From Actinomycetota bacterium (GTDB lineage Bacteria; Actinomycetota; UBA4738; HRBIN12), in the NCBI GenBank assembly GCA_046723385.1, contig JBKOUM010000103.1, positions 1 through 48,637 on the forward strand: DNA of 48,637 bases, given 5' to 3'. Under the pieces are notes generated by a model that did no database searches, was not told where the DNA came from, and worked only from the letters and a program-made list of their open reading frames with translations. How positions within the stretch are numbered: position 1 is the stretch's first letter; every line of letters begins with the position of its first letter. A program made the translations under genes and the position numbers. Below, in pieces: positions 8,450 to 17,458 of this stretch.

Positions 8450-9346
8450 GTGGACATCCCTTCCGCCGAAGACTGGATCCGCGCGCACGTCGAGCCCGTG
8501 GGCCCCATCCGAACGGAGCACGAGCGGCCCTGGGCGACGGTGCTCCGGGTGCCGGTCGCCGGCGGCGTCGCCTGGTTCAAGGCCTGCGGGCAGGTGCAAG
8601 CGTTCGAGCCGCGGCTGACCACGCAGCTCTTCTCGCGTCATCCTGAGCGAGTCGCCGACGTGCTCGCTCACGACGAGGCGCGCGCCTGGCTCCTGCTCGG
8701 GGATGCGGGCTCACCGATCGGCGCGTTCGGCAACCCGCCGGAGACGTGGCTGGTCGTGCTCCCCCTCTACGCGGAGCTCCAGCGGATCGAGACCGCATAT
8801 GCGGCCGACCACCTCGCGCACGGCGTCCCGGACCTGCGCACCGCGACCCTGCCGGCGCGCTTCGACGAACTGGTACGTGCTGATCTGCCGCTCGACCGCG
8901 AGGAGATCGATCGGCTGCGCGCGTTCGCGCCTCGCTTCGCGGAACTCTGCGATGAGCTGCAAGCCTCCCCCGTCTCGGAGTCGATCCAGCACGACGACCT
9001 CCACATGTCGAACGTGTACGTGCGGGACGAACAGCTCCGCGTCCTCGACTGGGGCGACTCGTCGATCTCGCACCCCTTCATGTCCCTCGTCGAAACGTTC
9101 CGGTTCCTCGAAGAGGTCACGAAGCTTCCGCCGGATGATCCTTGGTTCACGAGGCTGCGCGACGTCTATCTGGAACCGTGGGGACGCGGGCTCGACGATG
9201 TGTTCGCGCTCGCGATGCGCGTCGGCGCCTTCGCGCACGCGATCGCATGGCTGCGGCAGCGCAACCACCTTCCTCCGGATGATCGCGCCGAGTTCGACGA
9301 GGTGTTCCAGATCGTGCTTCGGCGCGCCGCGGCGCAGATGCCCTGA
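8450..9346 (+). CDS. Phosphotransferase-enzyme-family kinase (APH / aminoglycoside-phosphotransferase fold)
   Basis: Track ORF, 298 aa, GTG start. Catalytic loop IQHDDLHMSNVYV and metal-binding VLDWGDS match the H.D....N ... D.G. signature of APH/choline-kinase-like kinases. Confidence 0.75.
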   Translation: MDIPSAEDWIRAHVEPVGPIRTEHERPWATVLRVPVAGGVAWFKACGQVQAFEPRLTTQLFSRHPERVADVLAHDEARAWLLLGDAGSPIGAFGNPPETWLVVLPLYAELQRIETAYAADHLAHGVPDLRTATLPARFDELVRADLPLDREEIDRLRAFAPRFAELCDELQASPVSESIQHDDLHMSNVYVRDEQLRVLDWGDSSISHPFMSLVETFRFLEEVTKLPPDDPWFTRLRDVYLEPWGRGLDDVFALAMRVGAFAHAIAWLRQRNHLPPDDRAEFDEVFQIVLRRAAAQMP

Positions 9347-9490
9347 CCGGGCTTCCAAGTTTCTCCCATGCGCACCTTGGGCCAGATTCCCTACTGCGCG
9401 ACTCGAACGTCGACTACCCGATAGACATCCGCAAGCCGTGGGTCAACGATGGGCTGCATCGCTCCCTCCGATCGCAAAGGGTGGTTGCCG

Positions 9491-9976
9491 ATGCGACCTC
9501 TTCGTTCACGACGAGCCATCACGCTGCGTGCACGCGCTGCTCGTCCAGTTCCGCCGCAGTCCCATGTGAAGCGCGCGCTCGCGATCGCGCTCGCGGGGGT
9601 GCTCGTGATCGCTGCGCCAGCGACATCGCTCGATCGGCCGGAGAAAAGGCTCGCGGCGATGACCAACACCGCGCGGCACCGGCACGACCTGCCGAGGCTC
9701 GTCGAGCGCGCGCGTTTGAGCGAGGCGGCCGAGCGGCAGTCGTCCCGGATGGCGAAGCAGGGACGGCTCTTCCACGGCTCCCTCGCGTGGACTTCGGGCC
9801 GTAGCTGCTGGGGGCAGAACGTCGGCAAGGGGCCAACCGTCCGAGCCGTGTTTCGTGCGTTCAAGCGGTCGGCGGACCACAGGGCCAACATGCTGGACCG
9901 CAGCTACCGGCGAGCAGGGTACGGAGTCGTCAAGACTCGGCGGGCCGTGTGGGTCACGGTCAACTTCGCCGGCTAA
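9491..9976 (+). CDS. CAP/SCP/PR-1-like domain protein with N-terminal signal/anchor
   Basis: Track ORF 9449..9976 trimmed to ATG 9491 (AGGGTGG 6 nt upstream). Basic N-terminus, hydrophobic ALAIALAGVLVIAAPA, then a domain with NTARHRHDLP, ...RMAKQGRLFH, HRANMLDRSYRRAGYGV typical of bacterial CAP (YkwD-like) proteins. Confidence 0.65.
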   Translation: MRPLRSRRAITLRARAARPVPPQSHVKRALAIALAGVLVIAAPATSLDRPEKRLAAMTNTARHRHDLPRLVERARLSEAAERQSSRMAKQGRLFHGSLAWTSGRSCWGQNVGKGPTVRAVFRAFKRSADHRANMLDRSYRRAGYGVVKTRRAVWVTVNFAG

Positions 9977-10118
9977 CCGCAGATCGTTGGGCAGCGGAAG
10001 CTCCCCGCCGAAAGGGCCGGAGCGCTCAGCCTCCTCCCACGAACGAGTCCTGCGTCATCCGATCCCCGCCTCCAGCGTCGTGGTGGCCGCTGCGGAGTCG
10101 GCACGCACAGATGGCGCG

Positions 10119-10631
10119 TCAGCTGAGGGCTGCGCAGAAGACCGCTTCCGCGGCCGGGCCGTCGGGGATGTTGTCCTGACCGGCCTGGACCACGATGTGC
10201 TCGCCGTCCGGCGAGTACACCTTCCTGCCGATGTCCGCGAGCACGAGGCCCTCGCCCGGCGCCGTCGCTTTGAAGTCGAAGCCGACGACCACGTGTTGGA
10301 ACTCATCGGTGCCGTCGATGCGCGTGAACGTGTCCTGGAACACGCCGTGATTGATCAACATCTTGCCGGTTGCCGAATCCGTGAAGGTCTCGGTGATGCG
10401 ACCGCGAGAGATGACCTTGACGACCTCGCCCCCCTTGTCGAAGAGGAGCGTGACGGAAAAAGTGTTCGTAGACCGCTCGTCGATCGCGAAGCCGTCGCAC
10501 TGGATGAAGCCCGGCTCGGAGCCAGATTCCGTGAAGCTGAACCTCTCGGGCGGCGTGGCGCTCGCTGGAGCCGCGACGCCTACCGCCACGCAGCCCGCGA
10601 TCACGGGGGGAAGCAGCCGCCTCATCTTCAT
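10119..10631 (-). CDS. Secreted hypothetical protein (170 aa, beta-rich, 2 Cys)
   Basis: Track ORF. MKMRRLLPPVIAGCVAVGVAAPASA signal peptide, GGAG 7 nt upstream of the ATG, good GC3 bias. No family recognised. Confidence 0.6.
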   Translation of the reverse strand: MKMRRLLPPVIAGCVAVGVAAPASATPPERFSFTESGSEPGFIQCDGFAIDERSTNTFSVTLLFDKGGEVVKVISRGRITETFTDSATGKMLINHGVFQDTFTRIDGTDEFQHVVVGFDFKATAPGEGLVLADIGRKVYSPDGEHIVVQAGQDNIPDGPAAEAVFCAALS

Positions 10632-10694
10632 GGCTCGCTCCTTTCGTTGAAGAGCGATTCTTCCACCGCCATGACCGGGAGGGAAGTCCAGGAT

Positions 10695-10794
10695 GGACGT
10701 GGGCTTACCGAAGCGCCGCTCGCCGACTCAGTCCATACCTCAGATCGTCGCTCGTCTGACGCAAGAGATCGACCTTTGGAGGACGTGGGCTTAC
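10695..10794. repeat. Two copies of GGACGTGGGCTTAC (10695..10708 and 10781..10794), 86-bp period
   Basis: 14/14 identical direct repeat, extended by GGA(T) on the 5' side. Lies in the spacer between the secreted-protein gene start and the 3' end of tRNA-Leu. The two copies fall in different frames of the + strand track ORF, so the repeat is not protein-driven. Confidence 0.6.
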
Positions 10795-10818
10795 GTCAGA
10801 GTGCCAGGGGGTGATCGA

Positions 10819-10908
10819 TGGTGTCGGAGGGGGGATTTGAACCCCCACGCCCCGTAAGGGGCACTAGGCCCTCAACCTAGCGCGTCTACCAAGTTCCGCC
10901 ACTCCGAC
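10819..10908 (-). tRNA. tRNA-Leu (anticodon GAG), CCA encoded
   Basis: Folded by hand. Acceptor GTCGGAG/CTCCGAC, D-arm GCG..CGC, anticodon stem CTAGG/CCTAG with loop TTGAGGG, long variable arm (GTGCCCCTTACGGGGCGT), T-arm GGGGG-TTCAAAT-CCCCC, discriminator A, CCA. 12 nt downstream of secG. Confidence 0.9.
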
Positions 10909-10920
10909 GCGGGCGGGATT

Positions 10921-11148
10921 CTACGGGTTCCACTTCCAGGAGAGCCAGAAGACCGCGAGTCCCCAGACGATCGCCGTCACGACCGTGATCCGATCGAGCG
11001 TCCGCTCGAGCGACGTCCCTCCGGCGAGGGTATTGGTGCCGCCGAACATGTCCGACAGGCCGGTTCCGCGTCCCGAGTGCATCAGGATCGTCACGATCAG
11101 GAACACGGACGACAGGACGAGCAGGACGATCGCGACGGTGTTGATCAT
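10921..11148 (-). CDS. secG: Preprotein translocase subunit SecG
   Basis: 3' part of track ORF 10921..11364. Start at ATG 11148 ([37 protein letters not shown]...), two TM segments, 75 aa. The ATG overlaps the upstream ATPase stop (ATGA). Confidence 0.85.
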   Translation of the reverse strand: MINTVAIVLLVLSSVFLIVTILMHSGRGTGLSDMFGGTNTLAGGTSLERTLDRITVVTAIVWGLAVFWLSWKWNP

Positions 11149-12275
11149 GGGGTTTCTGGCTCCTGGACGGCGGTTTGGGTCTGGATGATACGTTCGCCCA
11201 GCGGGAAGTGGCAGGCAGCCACGTGGCGCGGCCCCTGCGGCGTCAGCTCCGGCTCCTCCTGGCGGCAGAGCGGCACGTACTTGATCGGCTGCCCGTGCTC
11301 GTCGGTCAGCCCCTGCGCCTTCGCGAGCGCCTGCGTCTGCGGGCACCGAGGGTGGAACCGACACCCCGCGGGTGGATCGATCGGGGACGGGACGTCACCC
11401 TCGAGGATGATCCGGCGCTTCTGCTTGGCGATGTTCGGATCCGGGACAGGGACCGCCGACATGAGCGCGCCCGTGTACGGATGCCGCGGCTGCTCGTAGA
11501 GGGACGACCGATCCGCCGCCTCGACGATCTTGCCGAGGTACATCACGGCGACGCGGTCGGAGACGTGCTTGACGACCGAGAGGTCGTGCGCGATGAACAG
11601 GTAGGTCAGGTGGAACTCGTTCTGGAGATCCTCCAACAGGTTGAGGATCTGCGCCTGGATCGACACGTCGAGCGCCGAGACGGGCTCGTCGCACACGATC
11701 AGTTTCGGCCGGAGCGCGAGCGACCGGGCGACCCCGATCCGTTGCCGCTGGCCTCCCGAGAACTCGTGAGGGTAGCGGTTGTAGTGCTCGGGGTTGAGGC
11801 CCACGAGCTCCATCAGGTCCTGCACCTCGGCCTTCACGCGGTTCTTCGGGACGGTTCCGTGTAGGCGGAACGGGGCGCCGATGATCGAGCCGATCGTCTT
11901 GCGCGGGTTGAGTGAGGCGTACGGGTCCTGGAAGACCATCTGCATGTCGCGCCGGAGCTCGCGCAGCTCCTTGCCGCGAAGGTTGGTCACGTCGCGCCCG
12001 TCGAACCAGATCGTTCCCTCGGTGACTCCGTAGAGCCGCATCAGGACCCGCGCGAGCGTCGACTTGCCGCAGCCCGTCTCGCCGACCAACCCGAGCGTCT
12101 CGCCCGGGTAGATCTCCAGGTCCACGCCGTCCACCGCGTGCACGGCGCCGATCTTGTGCTGGAAGATGATCCCCTGCGTGATCGGGAAGTGCTTCTTGAC
12201 CCCGACGATCCGGACGAGCGGCGCGACCTCGGGCGAGGCCGGTGGCGGCGTCGGGACGGTCTCCGTGGTGCTCAT
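11145..12275 (-). CDS. Peptide/nickel ABC transporter ATP-binding protein (OppF/DppF-like)
   Basis: Track ORF 11145..12527 trimmed to ATG 12275 ([11 protein letters not shown]...), which overlaps the upstream ATPase stop (ATGA). Walker [18 protein letters not shown], and a C-terminal oligopeptide-transporter domain with 4 Cys. Confidence 0.85.
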   Translation of the reverse strand: MSTTETVPTPPPASPEVAPLVRIVGVKKHFPITQGIIFQHKIGAVHAVDGVDLEIYPGETLGLVGETGCGKSTLARVLMRLYGVTEGTIWFDGRDVTNLRGKELRELRRDMQMVFQDPYASLNPRKTIGSIIGAPFRLHGTVPKNRVKAEVQDLMELVGLNPEHYNRYPHEFSGGQRQRIGVARSLALRPKLIVCDEPVSALDVSIQAQILNLLEDLQNEFHLTYLFIAHDLSVVKHVSDRVAVMYLGKIVEAADRSSLYEQPRHPYTGALMSAVPVPDPNIAKQKRRIILEGDVPSPIDPPAGCRFHPRCPQTQALAKAQGLTDEHGQPIKYVPLCRQEEPELTPQGPRHVAACHFPLGERIIQTQTAVQEPETP

Positions 12276-13282
12276 GTGCGCTCCAGGACCTCCTGCTCGA
12301 CGATCCGGTGACGATCGTCGATCGAGAGATGGCACGCGGCCGCGTGATGTCCGTCCACCGGCAGAAGCTGCGGCGTTTCGACCCGGCAGCGATCGAACAC
12401 GTAGGGGCAGCGCGGGTTGAACGGACACCCTTTCGGCAGCGTGATCAGCGACGGCGGGAGGCCCTTGATCGGATGGAGCCGCTCCTCCTGTGCGGTCAGG
12501 AGCGGGATCGACTTGAGCAGCCCCCACGTGTACGGCATCATCGGCCCGTAATAGATGTCGTCCGCGCTCCCCGTCTCCACCAGTCGGCCCGCGTACATCA
12601 CCTGGATGAAGTCGCAGTGCTCGGCGACCACACCCAGGTCGTGCGTGATGATCGCGACCGCCGTGTTGAACTCGGACTGCAGCCGGTCGATCAGGTCCAG
12701 GATCTGCGCCTGCACCGTGACGTCGAGCGCCGTCGTCGGCTCGTCCGCGATCAGCAGGTCGGGGTTGAGCGACAATGCCATCGCGATCATCGCGCGCTGA
12801 CGCATCCCTCCGGAGAACTCGTGCGGGTACTGCTTCGCGCGCTCGTCCGGGCGCGGGATGCCGACCCGGCGGAGCATGTCGACGGCGCGGGCCGCCGCCT
12901 CCTTCTTGTTGATGTCCTCGTGGGCGAGGATCGCCTCCGAGATCTGATCCCCCACCCGGTAGAAGGGGTGCAACGAGGTCATCGGGTCTTGGAAGATCAT
13001 CCCGATCTTGTTGCCGCGGATCGCCTGGAGCTCCTCCTTGGGCATGTTGATCAGGTCCTGACCCTGGAAGGTGATCTCCCCTTCGACCGTGGCGCTCTTC
13101 CTGTTGATCAGGCCCATCACGGTCAGGAAGCTGACGCTCTTCCCCGACCCCGACTCCCCCACGATCCCCAGGGTCTCGCCACGCTGGATCGTGAACGAGA
13201 TCCCGTCGACGGCCTTGACGATCCCGTCCTCGGTGGGGAAATGGACCCGGAGGTCTTTCACCTCGAGCAGGGGCTCGGCCAT
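12272..13282 (-). CDS. Peptide/nickel ABC transporter ATP-binding protein (OppD/DppD-like)
   Basis: Track ORF, 336 aa. Walker [18 protein letters not shown], and a C-terminal domain with C-x5-C-x6-C-x17-C. Confidence 0.9.
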   Translation of the reverse strand: MAEPLLEVKDLRVHFPTEDGIVKAVDGISFTIQRGETLGIVGESGSGKSVSFLTVMGLINRKSATVEGEITFQGQDLINMPKEELQAIRGNKIGMIFQDPMTSLHPFYRVGDQISEAILAHEDINKKEAAARAVDMLRRVGIPRPDERAKQYPHEFSGGMRQRAMIAMALSLNPDLLIADEPTTALDVTVQAQILDLIDRLQSEFNTAVAIITHDLGVVAEHCDFIQVMYAGRLVETGSADDIYYGPMMPYTWGLLKSIPLLTAQEERLHPIKGLPPSLITLPKGCPFNPRCPYVFDRCRVETPQLLPVDGHHAAACHLSIDDRHRIVEQEVLERT

Positions 13283-13315
13283 GGCCCTCCTACCGTACCC
13301 GCCCCGGCCGTCGGC

Positions 13316-14290
13316 TCACGTGTACCGGACCCTCGGATCGAGGAACGCGTAGACGATGTCGACCACCAGGTTCGCGAACGTCACGAAGAAGGCCGCGATG
13401 ATCGTGATGTCGAGGATCGCGTAGACGTCGAACCGCGAGATGGCTTGCACGGTGTACCAGCCGAGCCCCTGGATGTTGAAGATCCGCTCGGTGATGATCG
13501 CCCCGGCCAGCAACCCGGCCAGGTCGAGACCGAAGACCGTGACGATCGGGGTCAGGCTTGACCGAAGGCCGTGCTTCACGATCACCTGCCGCTCGTTGAG
13601 GCCTTTCGCCCGCGCCGTCCGCATGTAGTCCTCGCCCATCACGTCGAGAAGGTTCGCGCGGGACAGGCGCGCGTAGAAGGCCGCGTAGAGCAGGGCCAGC
13701 ACGCACCAGGGAAGGATGAAGTGGCTGAACCACACCCCGACGCCCTCCGAGATCGGTTCGTAGCCGGGACTGGGCAGGATCTTCCATTGGTACACCAGGA
13801 GGTAGACGGCGAGCGGCCCGATGAAGAACACGGGCATCGATATCCCGATCAGGGCGAAGGTCATGGCGGCCCGGTCGAAGATCGAGCGTGGCCGGAGCGC
13901 AGAGAGGATGCCGATCGGGATCCCGACGAGTAACCACACGACCGCGGCGCCGAGCGCCAGCTGGATCGTCACGGTGATGCGGTCGGCCAGGATCGGCTTC
14001 AGCGGCTTGCGCTCGACGTAGGACTTGCCGAGGCCCGGCCAGCCGTACTGATCGCCGAGGAAGAGGTTCTTGGTGAACATCCAGAACTGGCCGTAGATCG
14101 GCTTATCGAGGCCGAGCTCCGCCTTGACCTCGGCGATGATCTCCTTGGTCGGAGCCTTCCCCGCGAACCGGTTGGCGATCGCGTCCGATCCGCCGCCGGG
14201 AAGGAGGAAGAAGATGGAATACGTGAGCGCGATGATCACGACCAGGACCAGGACCAGCCACAGGAGCCGCCTGATGATGTACCTAACCAC
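13316..14290 (-). CDS. Peptide ABC transporter permease (OppB/DppB-type)
   Basis: Track ORF, 324 aa, GTG start with GAGAGGA upstream. N-terminus MVRYIIRRLLWLVLVLVVI... is typical of the B-type permease. Confidence 0.9.
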   Translation of the reverse strand: MVRYIIRRLLWLVLVLVVIIALTYSIFFLLPGGGSDAIANRFAGKAPTKEIIAEVKAELGLDKPIYGQFWMFTKNLFLGDQYGWPGLGKSYVERKPLKPILADRITVTIQLALGAAVVWLLVGIPIGILSALRPRSIFDRAAMTFALIGISMPVFFIGPLAVYLLVYQWKILPSPGYEPISEGVGVWFSHFILPWCVLALLYAAFYARLSRANLLDVMGEDYMRTARAKGLNERQVIVKHGLRSSLTPIVTVFGLDLAGLLAGAIITERIFNIQGLGWYTVQAISRFDVYAILDITIIAAFFVTFANLVVDIVYAFLDPRVRYT

Positions 14291-14306
14291 GGTCGTCCTC
14301 TCACGC

Positions 14307-14342
14307 GGAGGGAAGGGGCCGCGATCGCGGCCCCTTCCCTTC
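14307..14342 (-). terminator. Near-perfect 30-36 bp palindrome (GGGAAGGGGCCGCGA|TCGCGGCCCCTTCCC) between the binding-protein and permease genes: intercistronic hairpin
   Basis: 14310..14324 is the exact reverse complement of 14325..14339; pairing extends by A-T, G-U and G-C to 14307/14342. Sits 15 nt after the TAA of the binding-protein gene and just before the permease SD. Confidence 0.5.
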
Positions 14343-14353
14343 CGTCGTCGTGC

Positions 14354-16252
14354 TTACGCCACGTTCTGCGGCGTCTCGGTGTTGCTCACCGCCGTGTTCA
14401 CGTACGAGATGATCCCCGCGTTCTGGTCGTACACGTACTGGGTCACGTGTCCCGGGTCCATGTTCGTGGTCGTGAAGTTCGTCGCCCACAACCACGGAGC
14501 CCACGGAACCGCTTGGGTCATCAGGTAGTTGTCCAGCTCCGCGAAGCACGCGTCGACCTCGCTCGGTGACTTGCTGACGCACTCGTCCATCTTGTCGTCG
14601 ACGCTCGGCATCGACCCGTTCTTCTGGATGAACGCATCGTACTCAGCCTTGACGTCACACTCGCTGGCCTGCTCCGGCGTCATCCCGACGAGGGAGTAGT
14701 TGACCGCCGCGGTGCACGCGATGCCCGAGCTGTCGAAGATGAAGAAGTCGAACCCGTACGGGCTCGCGTAGTCCTTGCCCCACCCCGGCACCATCGAGAT
14801 CGGGATGAGCTTCTTCACCTGCTGCAACGTGGTGTAGCCGGTGCTGGTGTCGGTCTCGACCAGCTTCAGTCCGGGCAGGATGCCCTTCAGCGACTGGATC
14901 GCGACCTGGTCCATCGCCGGCCACGGGTCGGTGTTGCGACCCAGGAACTGGATGTCGTCGCAGGCACCGCCGTCGTCGCACACGCCGTTGCCGTTCGTGT
15001 CGTAGCTGGACTGCTTCATCTCCTCCATGGCGGCCTGCTCGTTGCCGTTACCGTCGTTCGCCGAGAACGGGTTGATATCCGTGCTCTGCGGCAGGACGGT
15101 GGGGGGCTCGACCGACGTCGCGATGTCGCCTCGGGCCTCACCGCCGTACTGCTTCCTGATCCCGATCTTGTTGAGAGCCAGGTTGACGGCGTTCCGGACG
15201 TGGATGTCATCGAACGGCGGCGCCAGCAGGTTCATGGTCACGTACCAGGTTCGGTCCCCCTGGTCCGCATGCAGCCAGCCGGTGTAGGCAGGATCGGTCT
15301 GGAGCTGCTGCAGCACCGAGATCGGCGGCGTCCCCTGGGCCTCGTCGATGTCGCCGGCGAGCAGGTTGTTGAAGATGTTGTCGACGCTCGTGTTGATCTC
15401 CAACTGGATCCCGTCGACCCACGCCGAACGGTTGTCGTCGGTGTTCTCGTCCCAGTTCGGGTTGCGGATGAGCGTCATGCCCTTGTCGATGTCGTACCCC
15501 TCGAGGGGCTTGATCGCGTCGCATGACGACACATCGAGGTTCTCCTGGCCCATGATCATGTAGGGCCCGGACGAGAAGACGTCGACGCCCATGTCGCCGG
15601 CCTTCGGGAAGCAGCCGCGGTACTCGGTCGGAACCGCCTTCGTCGCAGGCATCGCGAGCCGGTAGTTGAGGTCGCCGACGGGCTGCTCGAGCGTGATGCT
15701 CAGGTGCGTGTCGTCGGTCACCTTGATGCCATCGATGGGCTGGTTATCGTCGTTCGCCTTGCAGTCCATCCCGACGATCACGCCGCAGTAGTAGTTGCCG
15801 TACTGGGCGATCAGCTTGGCGTCGTTGATCCGCTGGAACGCGTAGTAGATGTCGTCCGCGACCACGACCCGGTCGAGCGGCGGCCCCCACTTCACGTCGC
15901 TCCTCAGCGTGAAGTCGTAGGTGAGCTGGTCCTCCGACACCGTCGGCTCACCCGTGATGAGGTCGGGGACCGGGTTGTCGCCACCCTGGTCGGCGGGAAC
16001 GTGCTTGTAGGTATAGAGCCCTCGCATCAGCAGCTGGTCGAAGAGGCCCCAGGCGTAGCCGAGGTACTCGCCGGTCGGGTCGAAGTTGTTCGTCCACCCG
16101 AACTCCGGCAGCTCCTCTCGGAGCGTGCCGCCCTTCTGGACGTTCGCCGCTCCCGAGGTCTGGCCGCTGGTCTCGTTGCCGCCGCACGCCACCGCCACGA
16201 GGGCGAACGTGACGCCCAGGGCGGCCGCAGCAAGTCGTCTGCGTCCGATCAC
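14354..16252 (-). CDS. Peptide/nickel ABC transporter substrate-binding lipoprotein (SBP family 5)
   Basis: Track ORF 14354..16285 (TTG). I prefer GTG 16252 (VIGRRRLAAAALGVTFALVAVACGG...) because AAGGGAG lies 8 nt upstream. Lipobox LVAVAC. About 630 aa. Confidence 0.85.
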   Translation of the reverse strand: MIGRRRLAAAALGVTFALVAVACGGNETSGQTSGAANVQKGGTLREELPEFGWTNNFDPTGEYLGYAWGLFDQLLMRGLYTYKHVPADQGGDNPVPDLITGEPTVSEDQLTYDFTLRSDVKWGPPLDRVVVADDIYYAFQRINDAKLIAQYGNYYCGVIVGMDCKANDDNQPIDGIKVTDDTHLSITLEQPVGDLNYRLAMPATKAVPTEYRGCFPKAGDMGVDVFSSGPYMIMGQENLDVSSCDAIKPLEGYDIDKGMTLIRNPNWDENTDDNRSAWVDGIQLEINTSVDNIFNNLLAGDIDEAQGTPPISVLQQLQTDPAYTGWLHADQGDRTWYVTMNLLAPPFDDIHVRNAVNLALNKIGIRKQYGGEARGDIATSVEPPTVLPQSTDINPFSANDGNGNEQAAMEEMKQSSYDTNGNGVCDDGGACDDIQFLGRNTDPWPAMDQVAIQSLKGILPGLKLVETDTSTGYTTLQQVKKLIPISMVPGWGKDYASPYGFDFFIFDSSGIACTAAVNYSLVGMTPEQASECDVKAEYDAFIQKNGSMPSVDDKMDECVSKSPSEVDACFAELDNYLMTQAVPWAPWLWATNFTTTNMDPGHVTQYVYDQNAGIISYVNTAVSNTETPQNVA

Positions 16253-16357
16253 AGACTTCACTCCCTTCTCTCTCCACTGCCCCAACGATCTTCCGCCCGT
16301 GTTATACGGGGATGGCTCACATCCGGGTTTCGCCCTGCGCCCCTCCCTCTTCCTGGC

Positions 16358-17347
16358 TCACCGGTTCGATCTGGGGTCCAACGCATCTCGGAGCCCGTCA
16401 CCGAGCAGGTTGAACGAGAGCGTGGTGATCACGAGGAACATCCCGGGGAACACCAGCATCCACCACGCCAGCCGGTAGAGGGACCCTTCCGCCGCCTGGG
16501 CGATCATCCCGCCCCACGATGGGATCTCCGGCGGAATCCCGACCCCCAGGAACGAAAGCGCCGCTTCGATCAGGATGTTCTGCGGGATCAGCAGGGTGGC
16601 GACGACGATGATGGAGGCCACCATGTTGGGCAAGATCTCGCGGAACATGATGTGGAGGTTGCCGTAGCCGGTCGCGCGCGCGGCCTCGACGAACTCGCGT
16701 TCTCGGAGCGAGAGCGTCTGACCGCGGACGATGCGGGCGACGTACGGCCACCCGAACAGGGCGATGATGAAGATCACGAGACCGGTCCCCTGTTTCAGGA
16801 GGCCGCCCAGACACCCCTCGATCTCCACCGTGCACGAGACGCTGATCCCGATCGCGAGGAGCAGCAGCGGCAGCGACAGCACGATGTCCATCGTGCGGGA
16901 GATGAAGGTGTCGACCTTGCCGCCGACGAAACCGGCGATCAGGCCCAGGGCGATGCCGATCACGAGCGAGAAGCCGGTGCCGACGAACGACACCTTGAGC
17001 GACGTCCTGGCTCCGTACAACGACCGCACGAAGACGTCACGGCCCAAGGTGTCGACGCCGAACCAGGCGATCTTGCCCGGCCCGTAGAGCGGGACGCCGA
17101 TGTCGCTGATCAGGCTCTGATCCTGGTCCATGGGCCCGCGGTGGATCACGAACTGCGACAGGAGCGGAGCGGTCAGGGCCAAGGTGATGAGGGCGATGAC
17201 GGCGAGGCCCGCTCCGACCGCGACCTTGTCGCGACGGAAGCGGGCCCAGAAGAGCTGCCAGGGGGTGCGACCTTCGATCCGTCCGGCGTCGCCTTCGAGG
17301 GGTACGAGTACCTCGATGGCCGGCTCGGTCTGCTGGACCTGGCTCAC
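16358..17347 (-). CDS. Peptide ABC transporter permease (OppC/DppC-type)
   Basis: Track ORF, 329 aa, GTG start. N-terminal ...TPWQLFWARFRRDKVAVGAGLAVIAL... is the typical C-type permease leader. Confidence 0.9.
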   Translation of the reverse strand: MSQVQQTEPAIEVLVPLEGDAGRIEGRTPWQLFWARFRRDKVAVGAGLAVIALITLALTAPLLSQFVIHRGPMDQDQSLISDIGVPLYGPGKIAWFGVDTLGRDVFVRSLYGARTSLKVSFVGTGFSLVIGIALGLIAGFVGGKVDTFISRTMDIVLSLPLLLLAIGISVSCTVEIEGCLGGLLKQGTGLVIFIIALFGWPYVARIVRGQTLSLREREFVEAARATGYGNLHIMFREILPNMVASIIVVATLLIPQNILIEAALSFLGVGIPPEIPSWGGMIAQAAEGSLYRLAWWMLVFPGMFLVITTLSFNLLGDGLRDALDPRSNR

Positions 17348-17376
17348 ACGCCGCTACCCCCGCTCACGACCGCCGA

Positions 17377-17405
17377 AGTGTAGGCCACAAGCAATCTGCG
17401 GACAA
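17377..17405 (-). promoter_or_regulatory. Sigma-70-type promoter candidate for the peptide ABC operon: TTGTCC-17 nt-TACACT
   Basis: Read on the minus strand in a locally AT-richer spacer between apgM and the first permease gene. The -10 lies 29 nt upstream of GTG 17347, leaving room for the GGGGG SD. Confidence 0.4.
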
Positions 17406-17458
17406 CATAAGCCACCGTAGCGCACCCGGCGCCCCAACATGTGGTCGGACCCGACGGC

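Noticed and set aside
9449-9490. Upstream ATG start (9449) for the CAP-domain gene
   Set aside because: ATG 9491 has a good SD (AGGGTGG) and gives a normal basic-then-hydrophobic signal. The extra 14 codons (MGCIAPSDRKGWLP) lie in the AT-richer spacer without an SD. The longer form cannot be excluded.
10632-10910. Possible integrated element at tRNA-Leu
   Set aside because: There is no integrase, excisionase or phage/plasmid gene nearby, and I found no second copy of the tRNA 3' segment (GGTTCAAATCCCCCCTCCGACACCA) anywhere in the window. At most this is an old remnant, reported only as a low-interest finding.
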